This document shows positions 36,011 through 36,048 of a DNA stretch of 36,048 nt, piece by piece; within the stretch, counting starts at the first letter, position 1, and each line of letters starts with the position of its first letter. Position numbers and translations under genes: made by a program. The stretch lies in assembly GCF_001194135.2 (NCBI RefSeq), contig NC_068981.1:99542548-99578595 (forward strand). Reading direction: 5' to 3'. The notes below the pieces were generated by a model. It was not told the DNA's origin. It saw only the letters and a list, made by a program, of their open reading frames with translations, and ran no database searches. The stretch is from Octopus bimaculoides (taxonomy: Eukaryota).

Positions 36011-36048
<38 letters not shown>

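Overview
AT-rich eukaryotic, repeat-dense DNA. The SINE, MITE and RTE families look like those of coleoid cephalopods, most likely Octopus (recognised from memory, not from a search). There is no intact protein-coding gene. The window holds: (i) the 5' half of a CR1/L2-group LINE, whose ORF1 has a trihelix/Myb-SANT-like domain plus a CCCH finger, followed by a frameshifted AP-endonuclease; (ii) two decayed RTE LINEs carrying a PHD-type finger within the RT region, plus several RTE fragments; (iii) a mariner transposase relic; (iv) about 11 tRNA-derived SINE copies built from shuffled modules; (v) three TTAA piggyBac-type MITEs and two hAT MITEs with 8-bp TSDs; (vi) three unrelated long-armed foldback elements; (vii) a minisatellite with palindromic units and many microsatellites. 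A few plus-strand candidate exons near 29.7-35.4 kb suggest the window may be mostly intron of an unidentified gene. Boundaries of decayed elements are approximate. All alignments were done by eye.
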